Part shown: piece after piece, positions 19,757 through 32,435 of the stretch | How positions within the stretch are numbered: the stretch's first letter is position 1 | Layout: the number at the start of each line of letters is the position of its first letter | NCBI GenBank assembly: GCA_965216325.1 | Contig: OZ244160.1 | Span: forward strand, 1,536,001-1,600,000 | Direction of reading: 5' to 3' | Length of the DNA stretch: 64,000 nt | Origin: Coraliomargarita sp. | Lineage (GTDB): Bacteria; Verrucomicrobiota; Verrucomicrobiia; Opitutales; Coraliomargaritaceae | Made by a program: the position numbers and the translations under genes | The notes under the pieces: generated by a model | Told to the model about the DNA's origin: nothing | Seen by the model: only the letters and a program-made list of their open reading frames with translations | Database searches by the model: none

Positions 19757-20029
19757 TTACCCCTTCGCGACGATCGGCGCAATCAGCAAGAACCACGAAG
19801 CGACACCGCTAAACAACAGCATAAACACCCCGCATGTGCCCATAAAACGCGCAAACTTTTTATACTCGATGGCATTGCTCACACCAAAAAGTTTCGAGCA
19901 CACCGTGCCACGCAATTTGCGCTTGGACTCCTCCGATGCAGCAATGCAGTAAATCCCGATCACGCCCGGCATGAAGCTGATGAAGACTTTAACTAGAAGT
20001 ATTACGAATCCGACGTTTAGGAGTTCCAT
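19757..20029 (-). CDS. small membrane protein, unknown function
   Basis: 90 aa, two hydrophobic segments, ATG start. Confidence 0.6.
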   Translation of the reverse strand: MELLNVGFVILLVKVFISFMPGVIGIYCIAASEESKRKLRGTVCSKLFGVSNAIEYKKFARFMGTCGVFMLLFSGVASWFLLIAPIVAKG

Positions 20030-20455
20030 GGCAATAAATGTTAGGAGGAATCAGGTGGCATGAGCGGGAAACCGCCACTTGCCAATCTTAAAATGGGAGC
20101 CAGCGCAGCTGGCAGCATTAAGTCTTAAGTTTTTAGGTGTTAGGAAAATTGGGCGCTCGCGCCGCTTAAAGCGACGCCCCGTGCAGGACAATAAAGGCCC
20201 GAACTCCTGGCGCGAACATGACCGGACGCGGAACAGACCAACCTCGCCCCGAGGTCTAGGGGCCATGGCAAGGAAATGCATCCACCGCTCGACAAGCTCG
20301 GGACCCGTGGCAAGTGGAGCATCTACCCCCAGCAAGAAATCGACCCCCTCTCCAACAACTAACAGCTAAATCCTCCTCATCGCCCGCATTGTTAAATGAA
20401 TCAATTTTAAACTTAATAATTGATTCCTAGCGGCCGAACCACTTTTACTGCTCAG

Positions 20456-22333
20456 ATGCATACACAACTGCAGCCAACCTTACGAATTCTTGCGAGCCTG
20501 CCGCTCCTCACACTTGCATCCGCAGTTTCCCATGCGGATGAAGCAGCTGTCGAAGAGACCGTCGAACTACCGACGCTCTACATCCAGGGGCAAGAAACCG
20601 CGAACAAACGCCCAGTGACGACTTACGCCACTCCGGTCTCCAATCTGGAATTTAATCCACGCGTCGACTTTCAATCACGCAATATGGCTGAAGCTCAGGG
20701 CGACGTCACCATTCGCGGTGGCATCTTTGAAAACACCGGCTTCCGTCTGGGGAGTGCGACGCTGGTCGACCCACAGACCGGCCACTACTTTGCGGAAATT
20801 CCGGTCGCGCCGGAAATGCTCACCGAACCGGACGTGCTGGTTGCAGGCGACAATGCACTGTATGGCTTCAACAGCACCGTTGGCACCATCAGCTACGGCT
20901 GGACCCAAATCCAAAATGGCGGCAGCGCCACCATCGGCGGCGGCGATCACGACCTCAACTTCCAGCGCATTCACCACGGCCAAACCGGCCAGCTCGGCGA
21001 CAGCGCCGACTGGACCTGGGGTGCAGAGGCCGAATACTCCCGCTCCGAGAGCGACGGCACCATCAAGAATGGCGATCACGACTTCGAACGTGTGAGCGGG
21101 CGCGTGCAACTGGTTGGCCCAAGCTCGCAAACCGATCTCTTTGCAGGCTATCAGTCAAAATTCTTCGGCTGGCCCAACATGTATACTCCATTCGGCTTCA
21201 ATGAGACCGAAAACCTGAAGACCAGCCTCTTCCTGCTGAATCACAAGCAGTCCTACAACGAACGCAGCTACATCGAGGCGACCGCCTACTACCGCGAACA
21301 CAAGGACCACTACGTGTTCTCCCGGGAAAACCCCGGCATCTTCCAAGCGAAGCACACAACCGACGTCACTGCATTGGGCATTTCAGGTCTACATGCCTTC
21401 GACGCTCAGTGGGGACTCCACTACGCGGGCCAAATCACCGCCGACGAAATTGAATCGACGTCATTGGAACGCGGCGACTTCCAATCCCGCACCTACAGCA
21501 AGCTCAGTCTGCTTCCGGAGTATCGCATGGAGCTAAATGCCAACGAGACGCTGACCTTCCGCGCCGGCGCCAGCTTCGACGACACCAACCGTGACGACTC
21601 CGAGCTCTCGGCAATTGGTGACATCACCTGGACACGTATCAATAACGATGGCAGTTCCGACAGCGTGTATCTCTCCTACTCGGAGGCGAGCCAAGTGGCA
21701 GGCTACACCGCAATCGGCGGCAGTGACAGTGGCGGCCTGTTCCGCAGCAACTACGACCTCGACCGCGAAACCAGCCAAAACCTTGAACTTGGAGGTGCCC
21801 TCAAGCGTGCCGACTGGAGCCTCGAAGGCGCCATTTTCTATCGCTGGGACGACGACCTAGTGGACTGGACCTACTCTGCAGCCAGCCCAACAGCACGATC
21901 CGCCAACCCCGTCGACATCGACACCTTCGGCATCGAGCTGATCGGCACCAAGCGCTGGAACACAATCGAAGCCATCGCGAGCTATACCTTCCTCGACAAA
22001 GACGAAGACTATGGCGATGACAGCATCGACGCCAGCTTCTACGCGCTCAATTATGCCAATCACCGCGTGACACTCGGTGCGATTTGGACACCAATCGACA
22101 TGATCCAAGTGCGCATCGACAATGAATGGCGCAGCCAAGAGGACAACGAGCTCCGCAGCAGCGATGACGAAGCTTTTTTCACCCACGCAAGCGTCAGCTT
22201 CTTTCCCCCGCAAGTTGAAGGCCTCGAGCTCTTTGTGGCGGTCGACAATGCCTGGGACGACGACTACGAAGAAGTACCCGGCACTCCTGGCCGCGGCGAC
22301 CAATACTCTGCAGGCGCAACGTATCGCTGGTAG
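20456..22333 (+). CDS. TonB-dependent receptor
   Basis: Signal peptide, plug-like region (IRGG..., G.NA.YG), beta-strand pattern, C-terminal YRW. Confidence 0.85.
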   Translation: MHTQLQPTLRILASLPLLTLASAVSHADEAAVEETVELPTLYIQGQETANKRPVTTYATPVSNLEFNPRVDFQSRNMAEAQGDVTIRGGIFENTGFRLGSATLVDPQTGHYFAEIPVAPEMLTEPDVLVAGDNALYGFNSTVGTISYGWTQIQNGGSATIGGGDHDLNFQRIHHGQTGQLGDSADWTWGAEAEYSRSESDGTIKNGDHDFERVSGRVQLVGPSSQTDLFAGYQSKFFGWPNMYTPFGFNETENLKTSLFLLNHKQSYNERSYIEATAYYREHKDHYVFSRENPGIFQAKHTTDVTALGISGLHAFDAQWGLHYAGQITADEIESTSLERGDFQSRTYSKLSLLPEYRMELNANETLTFRAGASFDDTNRDDSELSAIGDITWTRINNDGSSDSVYLSYSEASQVAGYTAIGGSDSGGLFRSNYDLDRETSQNLELGGALKRADWSLEGAIFYRWDDDLVDWTYSAASPTARSANPVDIDTFGIELIGTKRWNTIEAIASYTFLDKDEDYGDDSIDASFYALNYANHRVTLGAIWTPIDMIQVRIDNEWRSQEDNELRSSDDEAFFTHASVSFFPPQVEGLELFVAVDNAWDDDYEEVPGTPGRGDQYSAGATYRW

Positions 22334-22467
22334 AGAGAAAGAGAGAGGGCTGAGACTTGAGTTTGTTCCGAGGAGCGTAGCGACGACAAGACCGAGCGCG
22401 AAACGAATCGGGCCAACCTGAAGCCACCAATTCGTGACTCATAAATTCAGGTCTCAAGTTTCAGCCT

Positions 22468-23238
22468 TCATCCCTCTCGCATGTTCCATGCGACGCAGTC
22501 TTCGTAGTTCACCTTGTCCCCACCGAAGAGATCCAAAGCGCTGCCGATCGTCAGGTCAACCTTGCCGCCACTGAGATCCTGCACCACCTGTAAATCATCA
22601 AAGCCCTTTACGCCGCCAGCATACGTAACCGGGATCGGGCAATGCTCACCTAGAAAACGCACCAAGGCGGCATCGATCCCCTCACATTTGCCCTCGACAT
22701 CTGCGGCGTGGATGAGGAACTCGTCACAGGAGCTGCTCAATTGCTCGAGCGTTTCAGAAGTTACCGCAAGGTCCGTCGGCGTCTGCCAGCGATTCATCGC
22801 AACAACCCAGCCTTCATCGCCTTCACGGCAACTCAGATCGATCACCAGACGACCTTTCCCGACTTCAGCCACCAGCGCGTCGAGACGGTCCGGCCTGAAA
22901 TGCGCCGCCTCATCAAAGAGCCAAGAGGTGACAATCACGTGACTCGCACCCGCACGCAGCCAGTCCACCGCATTCTCAAGCCGAATACCTCCCCCGATTT
23001 GCAAGCCGTGTGGATACGAAGCCAAGGCCTGACGAGCCGCATCATCGTTATTGGGGCCCAGCTTAATCACATGCCCGCCTGTAATGCCATCCTGCCGATA
23101 GCGATCCGCAAAATAGCCCGCAGGCCGATCGCTTTCAAAATTAGTGCGCAGCTCGTCGCCCGAATCCGTTAGCGTGCCGCCAACGATTTGCTTCACTTTT
23201 CCATCATGCAGATCAATACAGGGGCGAAATTTAGTCAT
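22468..23238 (-). CDS. hisA: ProFAR isomerase, His6/eukaryotic-type HisA
   Basis: FRPCIDLHDGKVKQIVGGTL, GGHVIKLG, HAADVEG, DLTIGSALDLFGG. Confidence 0.93.
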   Translation of the reverse strand: MTKFRPCIDLHDGKVKQIVGGTLTDSGDELRTNFESDRPAGYFADRYRQDGITGGHVIKLGPNNDDAARQALASYPHGLQIGGGIRLENAVDWLRAGASHVIVTSWLFDEAAHFRPDRLDALVAEVGKGRLVIDLSCREGDEGWVVAMNRWQTPTDLAVTSETLEQLSSSCDEFLIHAADVEGKCEGIDAALVRFLGEHCPIPVTYAGGVKGFDDLQVVQDLSGGKVDLTIGSALDLFGGDKVNYEDCVAWNMREG

Positions 23239-23587
23239 GCCGCAGTGTCTGGAAATTCCCGCTCAGCTGGCAATCTTGAAAATTAACCGACTCTCAGAGC
23301 AACAGACTTCAGGAAGGGGCGATCGCTAAAGTAGGCGCGCGCTTTCAGTCAAGCCCAGTCAAAAGCGGCATCTTGACACCACACGTAAACGGGCGTGCAC
23401 CCCTCGATGGACTCGGCCCCTTGAGCTTGTCGAAACGGCAAAGCTCGCCTGGGCGTTTGCTGAAGCTGCACGCCACAACAAGATCAAGTTACATTCAGGA
23501 AACTAGGGAATGAGCCTCAGGGAAAAAGCTTGAATCCTATGTTCCGCGAAATAAGGTACATACTCCAGCTTAGTCTCTTTTTACATT

Positions 23588-24487
23588 ATGAAAAATCTAC
23601 GTCTCCCATTTCTGATCTTGAGCCTGCTTGCATTCACTGCATCGGCAACACAAGCGGCCCAACTTGCGAGCGCTAAAGTGCTCTCAACAACCGGAACCGT
23701 CACCAAATATTTAGCAGATGGTAGCGAGGCCCCAGCCAACTCTGGCGACATTTTGAAACAAGGCGATAGCATCGTCACCACAGCACTGAGCACAGCCGAA
23801 CTCGTCTTTTCCAACGGCTCCACATTGACTGTGAAAGAGAACACCAGTCTGACCTTCAAACAACTCGAGCAAGCAGCCTTCGGTGGCAACAAGAGCTACG
23901 AGCAACTCGCAGGCGACCCAAGCAAGTCACAAACGCTGCTCGAACTCAATTACGGTGTGGTTGATGGCCACGTAAAGAGCCTCAAGTCCGGCTCCACGTT
24001 CGACATCGAAACCCCCCTCGGCACGGCTGCCATCCGCGGCACTAAGTTCAGCGTTGAAATACGCTACAACCCAGTCACTGGTGAGTTCCTGCTCTTCATC
24101 ACCAACAAGGACGGCAAGGTCGACGTCATTTCCCGCTATGCCGGCAAGGTTGAATTTGGTCGCGGCAGCGTAGGTGACAAGACCTACGATAGCAGCATCA
24201 CCAACGACACCAACGAACCGATCCCACCGGCACACAAGATCATCATTCGCATCAGCCCGAGCGATCCATACTACGATGACATCATCGACTACCTCAAGAA
24301 CTTGACTGTCGGCGACTTCGCCAAAGCAGCAAACCCAACTGGCGACACCCCAGGCGACATCCCCGGCGGCAATACCGGTGCAGGCAACTCCAACGGAGTC
24401 CACACCGACGGCCCTGGTGACGGTAAGCCAGGTGACGACTTCGGCATCATCGTTGTCAGCCCTGAGGGTCCAGACGAAGACTCCTAA
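23588..24487 (+). CDS. secreted FecR-domain protein
   Basis: Signal peptide; L.QGD.I.T, L.F.NGS, I.TP.GTAAIRGT.F. Confidence 0.82.
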   Translation: MKNLRLPFLILSLLAFTASATQAAQLASAKVLSTTGTVTKYLADGSEAPANSGDILKQGDSIVTTALSTAELVFSNGSTLTVKENTSLTFKQLEQAAFGGNKSYEQLAGDPSKSQTLLELNYGVVDGHVKSLKSGSTFDIETPLGTAAIRGTKFSVEIRYNPVTGEFLLFITNKDGKVDVISRYAGKVEFGRGSVGDKTYDSSITNDTNEPIPPAHKIIIRISPSDPYYDDIIDYLKNLTVGDFAKAANPTGDTPGDIPGGNTGAGNSNGVHTDGPGDGKPGDDFGIIVVSPEGPDEDS

Positions 24488-24517
24488 ATCATAAGCTTCT
24501 AAACGAAACACTTTTCT

Positions 24518-24557
24518 AACCCCGGATTCGCACTCGTCGGATTCGGGGTTTTTCTTT
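24518..24557 (+). terminator. rho-independent terminator
   Basis: aaccccggattc...ggattcggggtt followed by a T run. Confidence 0.6.
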
Positions 24558-24568
24558 AGCCACACAGC

Positions 24569-25420
24569 ATGATCTATCTCGCTATTGTTTCGCTGATCTG
24601 GGCCTTCTCGTTCGGGCTGATCGGTAACACACTCCAAGGCATCGACTCGCTCTACATTGCGAGCATGCGGCTCGGCGTTGCGCTATTGATCTTTCTCCCC
24701 TTCCTGCGCCCCAAGCGGCTCAAGCAGCTCGACATGGGCAAACTGATCGGCTGCGGCGCGATCCAATTCGGCATGATGTATGTGTGCTACCTCTCGGCCT
24801 TTCGCTACATTCCCTCGCACCTCGTCGCCCTGTTCAGCATTCTAACCCCTGTCTACGTGGTGCTGATCCATGACCTAAAGCAGGCGAAGTGGACACCGCG
24901 TTATTTCATCGCAGCGCTCTTCTCCGTGCTGGGTGCGGCAGCCATCAAAGCAAAAGCCGGCGATAGCGGCGACCTCTGGATCGGCTTCGGACTCATGCAA
25001 CTGGCGGGCATCGCCTTCGCCTTTGGTCAAGTGACCTATCGCGACTGGAAGCGTGCACACAAATCCATCCACGACCGCGAAGTGTTTGCCCTACTCACTC
25101 TGGGCGGCGCCACGCTTGCCCTAGTCTTCTTTGGCTTCAGCGGCAACGAATGGCCCAAGCCTTCGATCTCACAATGGGGTGTCATCGCCTATCTCGGTAT
25201 CGTAGCCAGCGGGTTGGGCTTCTTTCTCTGGAATAAAGGCGCAGCGCTCACGAATCCGGGAACACTGGCCGCCTTCAATAATGTAGTCGTGCCCCTGGCA
25301 ATGTTCGCCTCTCTCTTTGTATTCGGCGAAGCAAAAGGAGCCAGCCCCGAAGAGCTGACCCGCCTAGTAATTGGTTCGGTCCTGATCGGCGCGGCACTGA
25401 TTGTCGGCCAACGGAAATAA
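24569..25420 (+). CDS. EamA/DMT family transporter
   Basis: ~10 TM segments, IWAFSFGLIG, YLGIVASGLGFFLWNKGA. Confidence 0.9.
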   Translation: MIYLAIVSLIWAFSFGLIGNTLQGIDSLYIASMRLGVALLIFLPFLRPKRLKQLDMGKLIGCGAIQFGMMYVCYLSAFRYIPSHLVALFSILTPVYVVLIHDLKQAKWTPRYFIAALFSVLGAAAIKAKAGDSGDLWIGFGLMQLAGIAFAFGQVTYRDWKRAHKSIHDREVFALLTLGGATLALVFFGFSGNEWPKPSISQWGVIAYLGIVASGLGFFLWNKGAALTNPGTLAAFNNVVVPLAMFASLFVFGEAKGASPEELTRLVIGSVLIGAALIVGQRK

Positions 25421-25421
25421 C

Positions 25422-26380
25422 GGAGGACGGACATTCCTGTCCGTCACAGAACTTGCCAGAGCAGGACAGGAATGTCCTGCCTCCTCACAATACACCCGTC
25501 AAAGCTTACAACGGGGGACGGACATTCTTGTCCGTCACCTATATGAGAAACAAAGGTAATTCCAAGATAGCGAAAACATGCAGGACAAGTATAGCCTCCC
25601 TTCTTTACGCATTAGCATAACTTTGTTAGCCTATGTAAATGAAATTCTTCAACCCACGCCTACTCGTGAAAATGCATGGTGGCAAATTACCACACTGGCA
25701 ACAAGAACACTGCCCACAATTCATTACCTTTCGTGAGCATGATTCGCTGCCACAAGCACTCCTAAGCCAGTGGCGAGAAGAGAAACAAATCTGGCTTAAA
25801 AAGCACCCGGAACCACACGATGAAACTACCCGCAATGCTTTCCATGCTAGATTCACTCAGTCGATTGAAGACGCACTCGATCAAGGGATGGGCACCTGCG
25901 TAATGCGCGATGGGAAGAATCGACAAAAGCTCGAAGTGGCTCTGATGCTGGCACAAAACGATCAAGTCGAGCAACTCTCATGGGTAATAATGCCGAACCA
26001 TGTCCACATACTCTGCATACCAAGACTACCTCTGCCCAATCTAATCAAAATCTGGAAAGGTGTCTCTGCGAGGAAAGTTGGCAGAGGCAAACTTTGGCAA
26101 GCCAACTACCGAGACACTCTCATTCGAAATGAAACACACTTCAAGCGAGTCGTGCACTACATTCGAAACAACCCCAGCAAGCTACCCACCTCACAGTATA
26201 CACTATGGGAGTCCGACATAGTTAAAAAGATATGAGGCTGTGTCCGGGTCCTGATCTGACGCGCAGGACAGGAATGTCCTGCCTCCTCACACTACACCCA
26301 CTGGCTTTAGCAAAGGAGGACGGACATTCTTGTCCGTCGCAAACCTTGCCGACGCGCAGGACAGGAATGTCCTGCCTCCT
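25422..26380. repeat. GGAG-type REP clusters flanking the RAYT gene (REPtron)
   Basis: ggaggacggacattc(c/t)tgtccgtc and inverted gcaggacaggaatgtcctgcctcct at ~25422, 25461, 25513, 26263, 26313, 26356. Confidence 0.9.
25639..26235 (+). CDS. REP-associated tyrosine transposase (RAYT/TnpA-REP, HUH Y1)
   Basis: LPHW, FITFR..DSLP, WVIMPNHVH (HUH), WQ..Y.D..IR, YIRNNP (catalytic Tyr). Confidence 0.9.
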   Translation: MKFFNPRLLVKMHGGKLPHWQQEHCPQFITFREHDSLPQALLSQWREEKQIWLKKHPEPHDETTRNAFHARFTQSIEDALDQGMGTCVMRDGKNRQKLEVALMLAQNDQVEQLSWVIMPNHVHILCIPRLPLPNLIKIWKGVSARKVGRGKLWQANYRDTLIRNETHFKRVVHYIRNNPSKLPTSQYTLWESDIVKKI

Positions 26381-26381
26381 T

Positions 26382-29120
26382 TTACAAGCTTTCCAGAATT
26401 CGCTTGGTTTCGTCGCGCTTCTCAGTCGTTTCGGCGAGCTGCTTGCGCGCGCCTTCAACCACCTTCTCGGGAGCACTTTCAACAAACTTCGGATTCTTGA
26501 GCTTGCCCTCGCCCGCAGCGACCAGCTTCTCGAGTTTAGCCAGCTCCTTGGTTAGACGTGCTTTCTCAGCTTCAACATCGATACTGCTGCTCAGATCGAG
26601 ATAGAGTGAACCGAGCGGAGTCACCACCGCCGGCAGACCATCTGCAGACTGACCGCCCAGTGCTTCAAGCTTACCGAGACCCGCGAGGGTTTTAATCAGA
26701 CCTGAGTTGTCAGTGATCACCTTCGCTTGCTCACCTTCGGCACCGAAGAAGACTTCGACGTCGCGCTTGCTTGCAAGATTGTATTGCGCCTTCAAAGCAC
26801 GCGCTTGCGAGATGAGCTCCTGCAAATTGATCACACGCTCAACCGCGCTCTTATCAACAGGCAATTGCTCGGCGAGCGTTGCTGCTTCAGTGAGCTTGGT
26901 GTTTTGAATAAACGGCGTATTCGCATCGTAACCGAGGCCCTGCCAGAGCTCTTCAGTTATGTGCGGCATGATTGGATTCGCGAGCTGGAGGACTTGACGG
27001 ATCACTAGGTCCTGGATCGCCAGACAGTTATCACGCAGGGCTTCGTCGCCCTTCAGCTTGCCCTTAGATGCTTCCACATACCAATCGCAGAAGTCACCCC
27101 AAAAGAACTCGTAAATCTTATGCGTGAGCGGTGCGATTTCGTAGTTCTTAAAGCACTTCTCCAAATCCGCAGTGAGGTCGATCAAGCGGCCAACAATCCA
27201 TTGGTCATAGTCATCGAACAGGCTGGCGTCGATTCGGCCAAGAATTGCATCAAGGCTCGAGTTGTCGGCCATCGGGCCCGACATCTGACGGAAGCGCGAT
27301 GCGTTCCACAGCTTGTTGCAGAAGTTACGGCCGATTTGAATGCGCTCCTCAGAAAACAGAATATCCGAGCCCGACGGCGCGATGTTGCAGATACCGAAAC
27401 GCAGACCATCGGCACCGAATTTCTCGATCAGATCAAGCGGATCCGGCGAGTTACCCAGAGACTTGGACATCTTGCGCCCCTTCTCGTCGCGAATCAGACC
27501 GTGAATGAAGATGTTCTTGAACGGAATGCGCTGCGCGATCTCTTCGTCGGTCAGCTCTTTCTTGTCCTCACCGTAGAGCTCCAAGCCCGCCATGATCATA
27601 CGAGCCACCCAGAAGAAGATGATGTCGAAACCGGTGACCAGCGTTGAAGTCGGATACCAGTAATCGAGCTCCTTCTGCTGGTCACCATCCGGCTGTGGCC
27701 AGCCAAGGTTCGCCATTGGCCAGAGGTAAGAGGATGCCCAGGTGTCGAGCACGTCTTCTTCCTGTTCCCAGTTTTCCGGATCAGATGGACCTTCAACGGA
27801 AACGTGCACGTGCTCTGGGTTCTTAAAGTCGAGCTCGTTGATCGGCATGCCCTTCTTATACCAGACAGGGATGCGGTGGCCCCACCAGAGCTGACGGCTG
27901 ATGCACCAGTCCTGAATACCGTTGAGCCAGTGCAGGTAAGTCTTCTTCCAGCGATCCGGGTGGAACTTGATAATCCCCTTCTCTACGGCGCGCTTTGCCT
28001 CCTCAACCTTCGGGTATTTGAGGAACCACTGCTCAGACAGACGCGGCTCGATGGGCACATCACCACGCTCCGAGAAACCGACGGTGTTTTCGTAGGGCTC
28101 GCGCTCAATCAAAAGCCCCATGTCTTCGAGCTTCTGTGCGGCAACCTTACGCGCCTTGAAGCGATCCATACCGTCAAACTCTTCGCCCGCGAGGTGGTTG
28201 AGCTTACCGTCGTGGTCGATCACCTCGATGATCTCGAGGCCGTGGCGTTGGCCGATCTCAAAGTCATTCTTATCGTGCGCCGGTGTGACCTTCAGGCAGC
28301 CAGTTCCGAACTCACGGTCCACATACTCGTCGCCGATGATTGGAATTTCAGCCTTCGGGAATGGACGCCAGACCTTCTTACCGATGAGGTGCTTGTAGCG
28401 CTCATCTTCTGGGTGAACCGCAACCGCGGAGTCGCCCATGAGTGTTTCCGGGCGTGTGGTGGAAATTTCGAGGTGGGTGCGCTCGCCGTCGGCTTCGACC
28501 AGCTCGTAACGCATCTTATAGAAGAAGCCGTTCTGTGGCTTCATGTTGACCTCTTCATCAGAGATCGCGGTATGCGTCGCAGGGCACCAGTTGACCATGC
28601 GCTGGCCACGGTAGATGTAGCCGCGTTTGTAGAATTCGACGAAGGCAGTCAGCACAGCCTTCGAGTAGTCTTCGTCGAGCGTGAAGCTGGTGCGATCCCA
28701 GTCGCAGGACGCGCCGAGCTTTTCAAGTTGGTTCAAAATCACACCACCGGACTGCTCGCGGAACTCCCAGACCTTCTCCAGGAAACCCTCGCGGCCGAGA
28801 TCATACTTGGTTTCGCCAGTCGCTTCGCGCAGTTGCTTTTCGACCTTGGTTTGCGTCGCGATACCCGCGTGATCGGTGCCTGGCTGCCAGAGCACGGACT
28901 TGCCTTCAAGGCGCGCACGCCGAATGAAGATGTCCTGCAGGGTGTTATCCAGCACGTGGCCCATGTGCAGCATGCCCGTCACATTCGGCGGCGGAATCAT
29001 GATCGCATAGGGTTCACGCTCGGAATCAGCGACAGCCTTGAAGCATCCAGCTTCAAGCCAGTTCTGATACCAGCGTTGTTCGACTTCTTTGGGTTCGTAG
29101 GCTTTTGCGATCTCGGACAT
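26382..29120 (-). CDS. valS: valine--tRNA ligase
   Basis: PPPNVTGMLHMGH, DHAGIATQ, DWCISRQLWWGH, KMSKS, C-terminal coiled coil. Confidence 0.98.
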   Translation of the reverse strand: MSEIAKAYEPKEVEQRWYQNWLEAGCFKAVADSEREPYAIMIPPPNVTGMLHMGHVLDNTLQDIFIRRARLEGKSVLWQPGTDHAGIATQTKVEKQLREATGETKYDLGREGFLEKVWEFREQSGGVILNQLEKLGASCDWDRTSFTLDEDYSKAVLTAFVEFYKRGYIYRGQRMVNWCPATHTAISDEEVNMKPQNGFFYKMRYELVEADGERTHLEISTTRPETLMGDSAVAVHPEDERYKHLIGKKVWRPFPKAEIPIIGDEYVDREFGTGCLKVTPAHDKNDFEIGQRHGLEIIEVIDHDGKLNHLAGEEFDGMDRFKARKVAAQKLEDMGLLIEREPYENTVGFSERGDVPIEPRLSEQWFLKYPKVEEAKRAVEKGIIKFHPDRWKKTYLHWLNGIQDWCISRQLWWGHRIPVWYKKGMPINELDFKNPEHVHVSVEGPSDPENWEQEEDVLDTWASSYLWPMANLGWPQPDGDQQKELDYWYPTSTLVTGFDIIFFWVARMIMAGLELYGEDKKELTDEEIAQRIPFKNIFIHGLIRDEKGRKMSKSLGNSPDPLDLIEKFGADGLRFGICNIAPSGSDILFSEERIQIGRNFCNKLWNASRFRQMSGPMADNSSLDAILGRIDASLFDDYDQWIVGRLIDLTADLEKCFKNYEIAPLTHKIYEFFWGDFCDWYVEASKGKLKGDEALRDNCLAIQDLVIRQVLQLANPIMPHITEELWQGLGYDANTPFIQNTKLTEAATLAEQLPVDKSAVERVINLQELISQARALKAQYNLASKRDVEVFFGAEGEQAKVITDNSGLIKTLAGLGKLEALGGQSADGLPAVVTPLGSLYLDLSSSIDVEAEKARLTKELAKLEKLVAAGEGKLKNPKFVESAPEKVVEGARKQLAETTEKRDETKRILESL

Positions 29121-29335
29121 AGCGGAAAATTTGGAAAGTTGCTCAAACTGAGGGCAATGCCACAGCTTTCAAGCCCGAATCTACCTGCAAGTGCTTATGT
29201 GGAAGCGGCATCGTGCCGATGCAGAGCTTGTCGAACAGCCGCTTTATTTCACGATCTGATTGGAAGCGGCTGGAAGCCGCTTCTACTTTATTCTAGCCCT
29301 GTAATGTGACTGAGCAAAGTCCGATGATTTAGAAG

Positions 29336-30055
29336 ATGGACCCTTCAGCACAGCAAAAAGTAATCGTCATCGGCGGCATCAGCGGGGGCATCGGCTCCAT
29401 AATCGCGCAGCTCTGCAAGGAGAGCAGCTACACCGTCGTTGGATTTTCCCGCACCAGCAGCGAGGCAGTCGACGCAACCAACTCCAGCGCACTGGAGGAC
29501 TACATCGCTAAAATTCATGCCGAACAGGGCCGTATCGATGGGTATGTGCATGCGATCGGCTCGATTTTCCTCAAACCAGCGCACCTGACCCGCGACGAGG
29601 ATTGGATCCAAACCATCCAGACCAACTTGAGTTCTGCCTTCTACGCATTACGCGCCTGCACCAAACACATGCAAAAGCAAGGCTCCGGCAGCTGTCTCTT
29701 TTTTAGCACGACCGCGGCACAGATTGGCATCGCCAATCACGAAGCCATCGCCGCAGCAAAGGGCGGCATCGAAGCCATGGTCCGCTCCGCCGCCGCCACC
29801 TACGCCCCTCGCGGTTTGCGCATCAATGCGATTGCTCCGAGCCTTACAGATACTCCTCTCGCTCAACCACTCATTGGCAGCCCTCAAGGACTCGAAATCT
29901 CCAAGCGCATGCACCCGCTTGGAGACATCATGCATGCCGAACAAGTCGCCAGCCTTGCACACTGGCTCCTCAGCGATGCGGCTGCCAGCGTCACCGGACA
30001 AACCTTCGTCATGGATGGCGGCCTCTCCTCAATCGCGCCTAAGCCGCGCGCATAG
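29336..30055 (+). CDS. SDR family oxidoreductase
   Basis: GGISGGIG, AAAKGG, RINAIAP, VTGQ...DGG. Confidence 0.9.
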   Translation: MDPSAQQKVIVIGGISGGIGSIIAQLCKESSYTVVGFSRTSSEAVDATNSSALEDYIAKIHAEQGRIDGYVHAIGSIFLKPAHLTRDEDWIQTIQTNLSSAFYALRACTKHMQKQGSGSCLFFSTTAAQIGIANHEAIAAAKGGIEAMVRSAAATYAPRGLRINAIAPSLTDTPLAQPLIGSPQGLEISKRMHPLGDIMHAEQVASLAHWLLSDAAASVTGQTFVMDGGLSSIAPKPRA

Positions 30056-30063
30056 ACAGACCA

Positions 30064-30735
<672 letters not shown>

Positions 30736-30755
30736 CAATGAGCTACCGCGCCTAG

Positions 30756-31160
30756 GTAGGGGCGCGACTTGACGCGCCCGTCAGAACAATCGCTCACCAA
30801 CACGATCCGCTAGGGGCACCAGCTACCAGACGCAAACGGGCGTGCGTTCCGAGCCGAAGGCGACAAGACCGGACGATTGCGGACCGGACCAACCCCGCGC
30901 CTACGTAGGGGCGCGACTTGACGCGCCCGTCAGAACAATCGCTCACCAACACGATCCGCTAGGGGCACCAGCTACCAGACGCATAAGGGCGTGCGTTCCG
31001 AGCCGAAGGCGACAAGACCGGACGATTGCGGACCGGACCAACCCCGCGCCTACGTAGGGGCGCGACTTGACGCGCCCGCCAGAGCAATTGCTCACCAACA
31101 CGATCCGCCAGAGCACCAGCTACCATACGCATAAGGGCGTGCACAAGGCCCGCCCCGACA
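30756..31160. repeat. tandem REP composite, ~2.7 copies of 149 bp
   Basis: gtaggggcgcgacttgacgcgccc starts at 30756, 30905, 31054. Confidence 0.92.
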
Positions 31161-31268
31161 GTCCAAAACCTTGAATCAGCGATTCTACTAATAAGACAGA
31201 TGAATCACCCCCATCGGCAAATGGCCGCTATTGTCTTGTCATCAGGAGGATTTGTGCAAACTTCTCTG

Positions 31269-32385
<1,117 letters not shown>

Positions 32386-32435
32386 GATTCAGAAGCCGGA
32401 AGTCAGAGGACAGAAGCCAGCATACAGGAACGGAC

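Noticed and set aside
17846..19782. Short ORFs in the tandem array and in mosaic spacers (e.g. 7592, 9131, 10745, 14935-15384)
   Set aside because: Translations of palindromic repeats with frameshifts between copies and no protein motifs
20030..20455. Riboswitch upstream of the TonB receptor
   Set aside because: The region is explained by heptamers and a REP; no cobalamin or TPP consensus recognised
27804..29309. 501-aa plus-strand ORF and similar long antisense ORFs
   Set aside because: Antisense shadows of valS, pdh and sulfatase genes caused by codon bias
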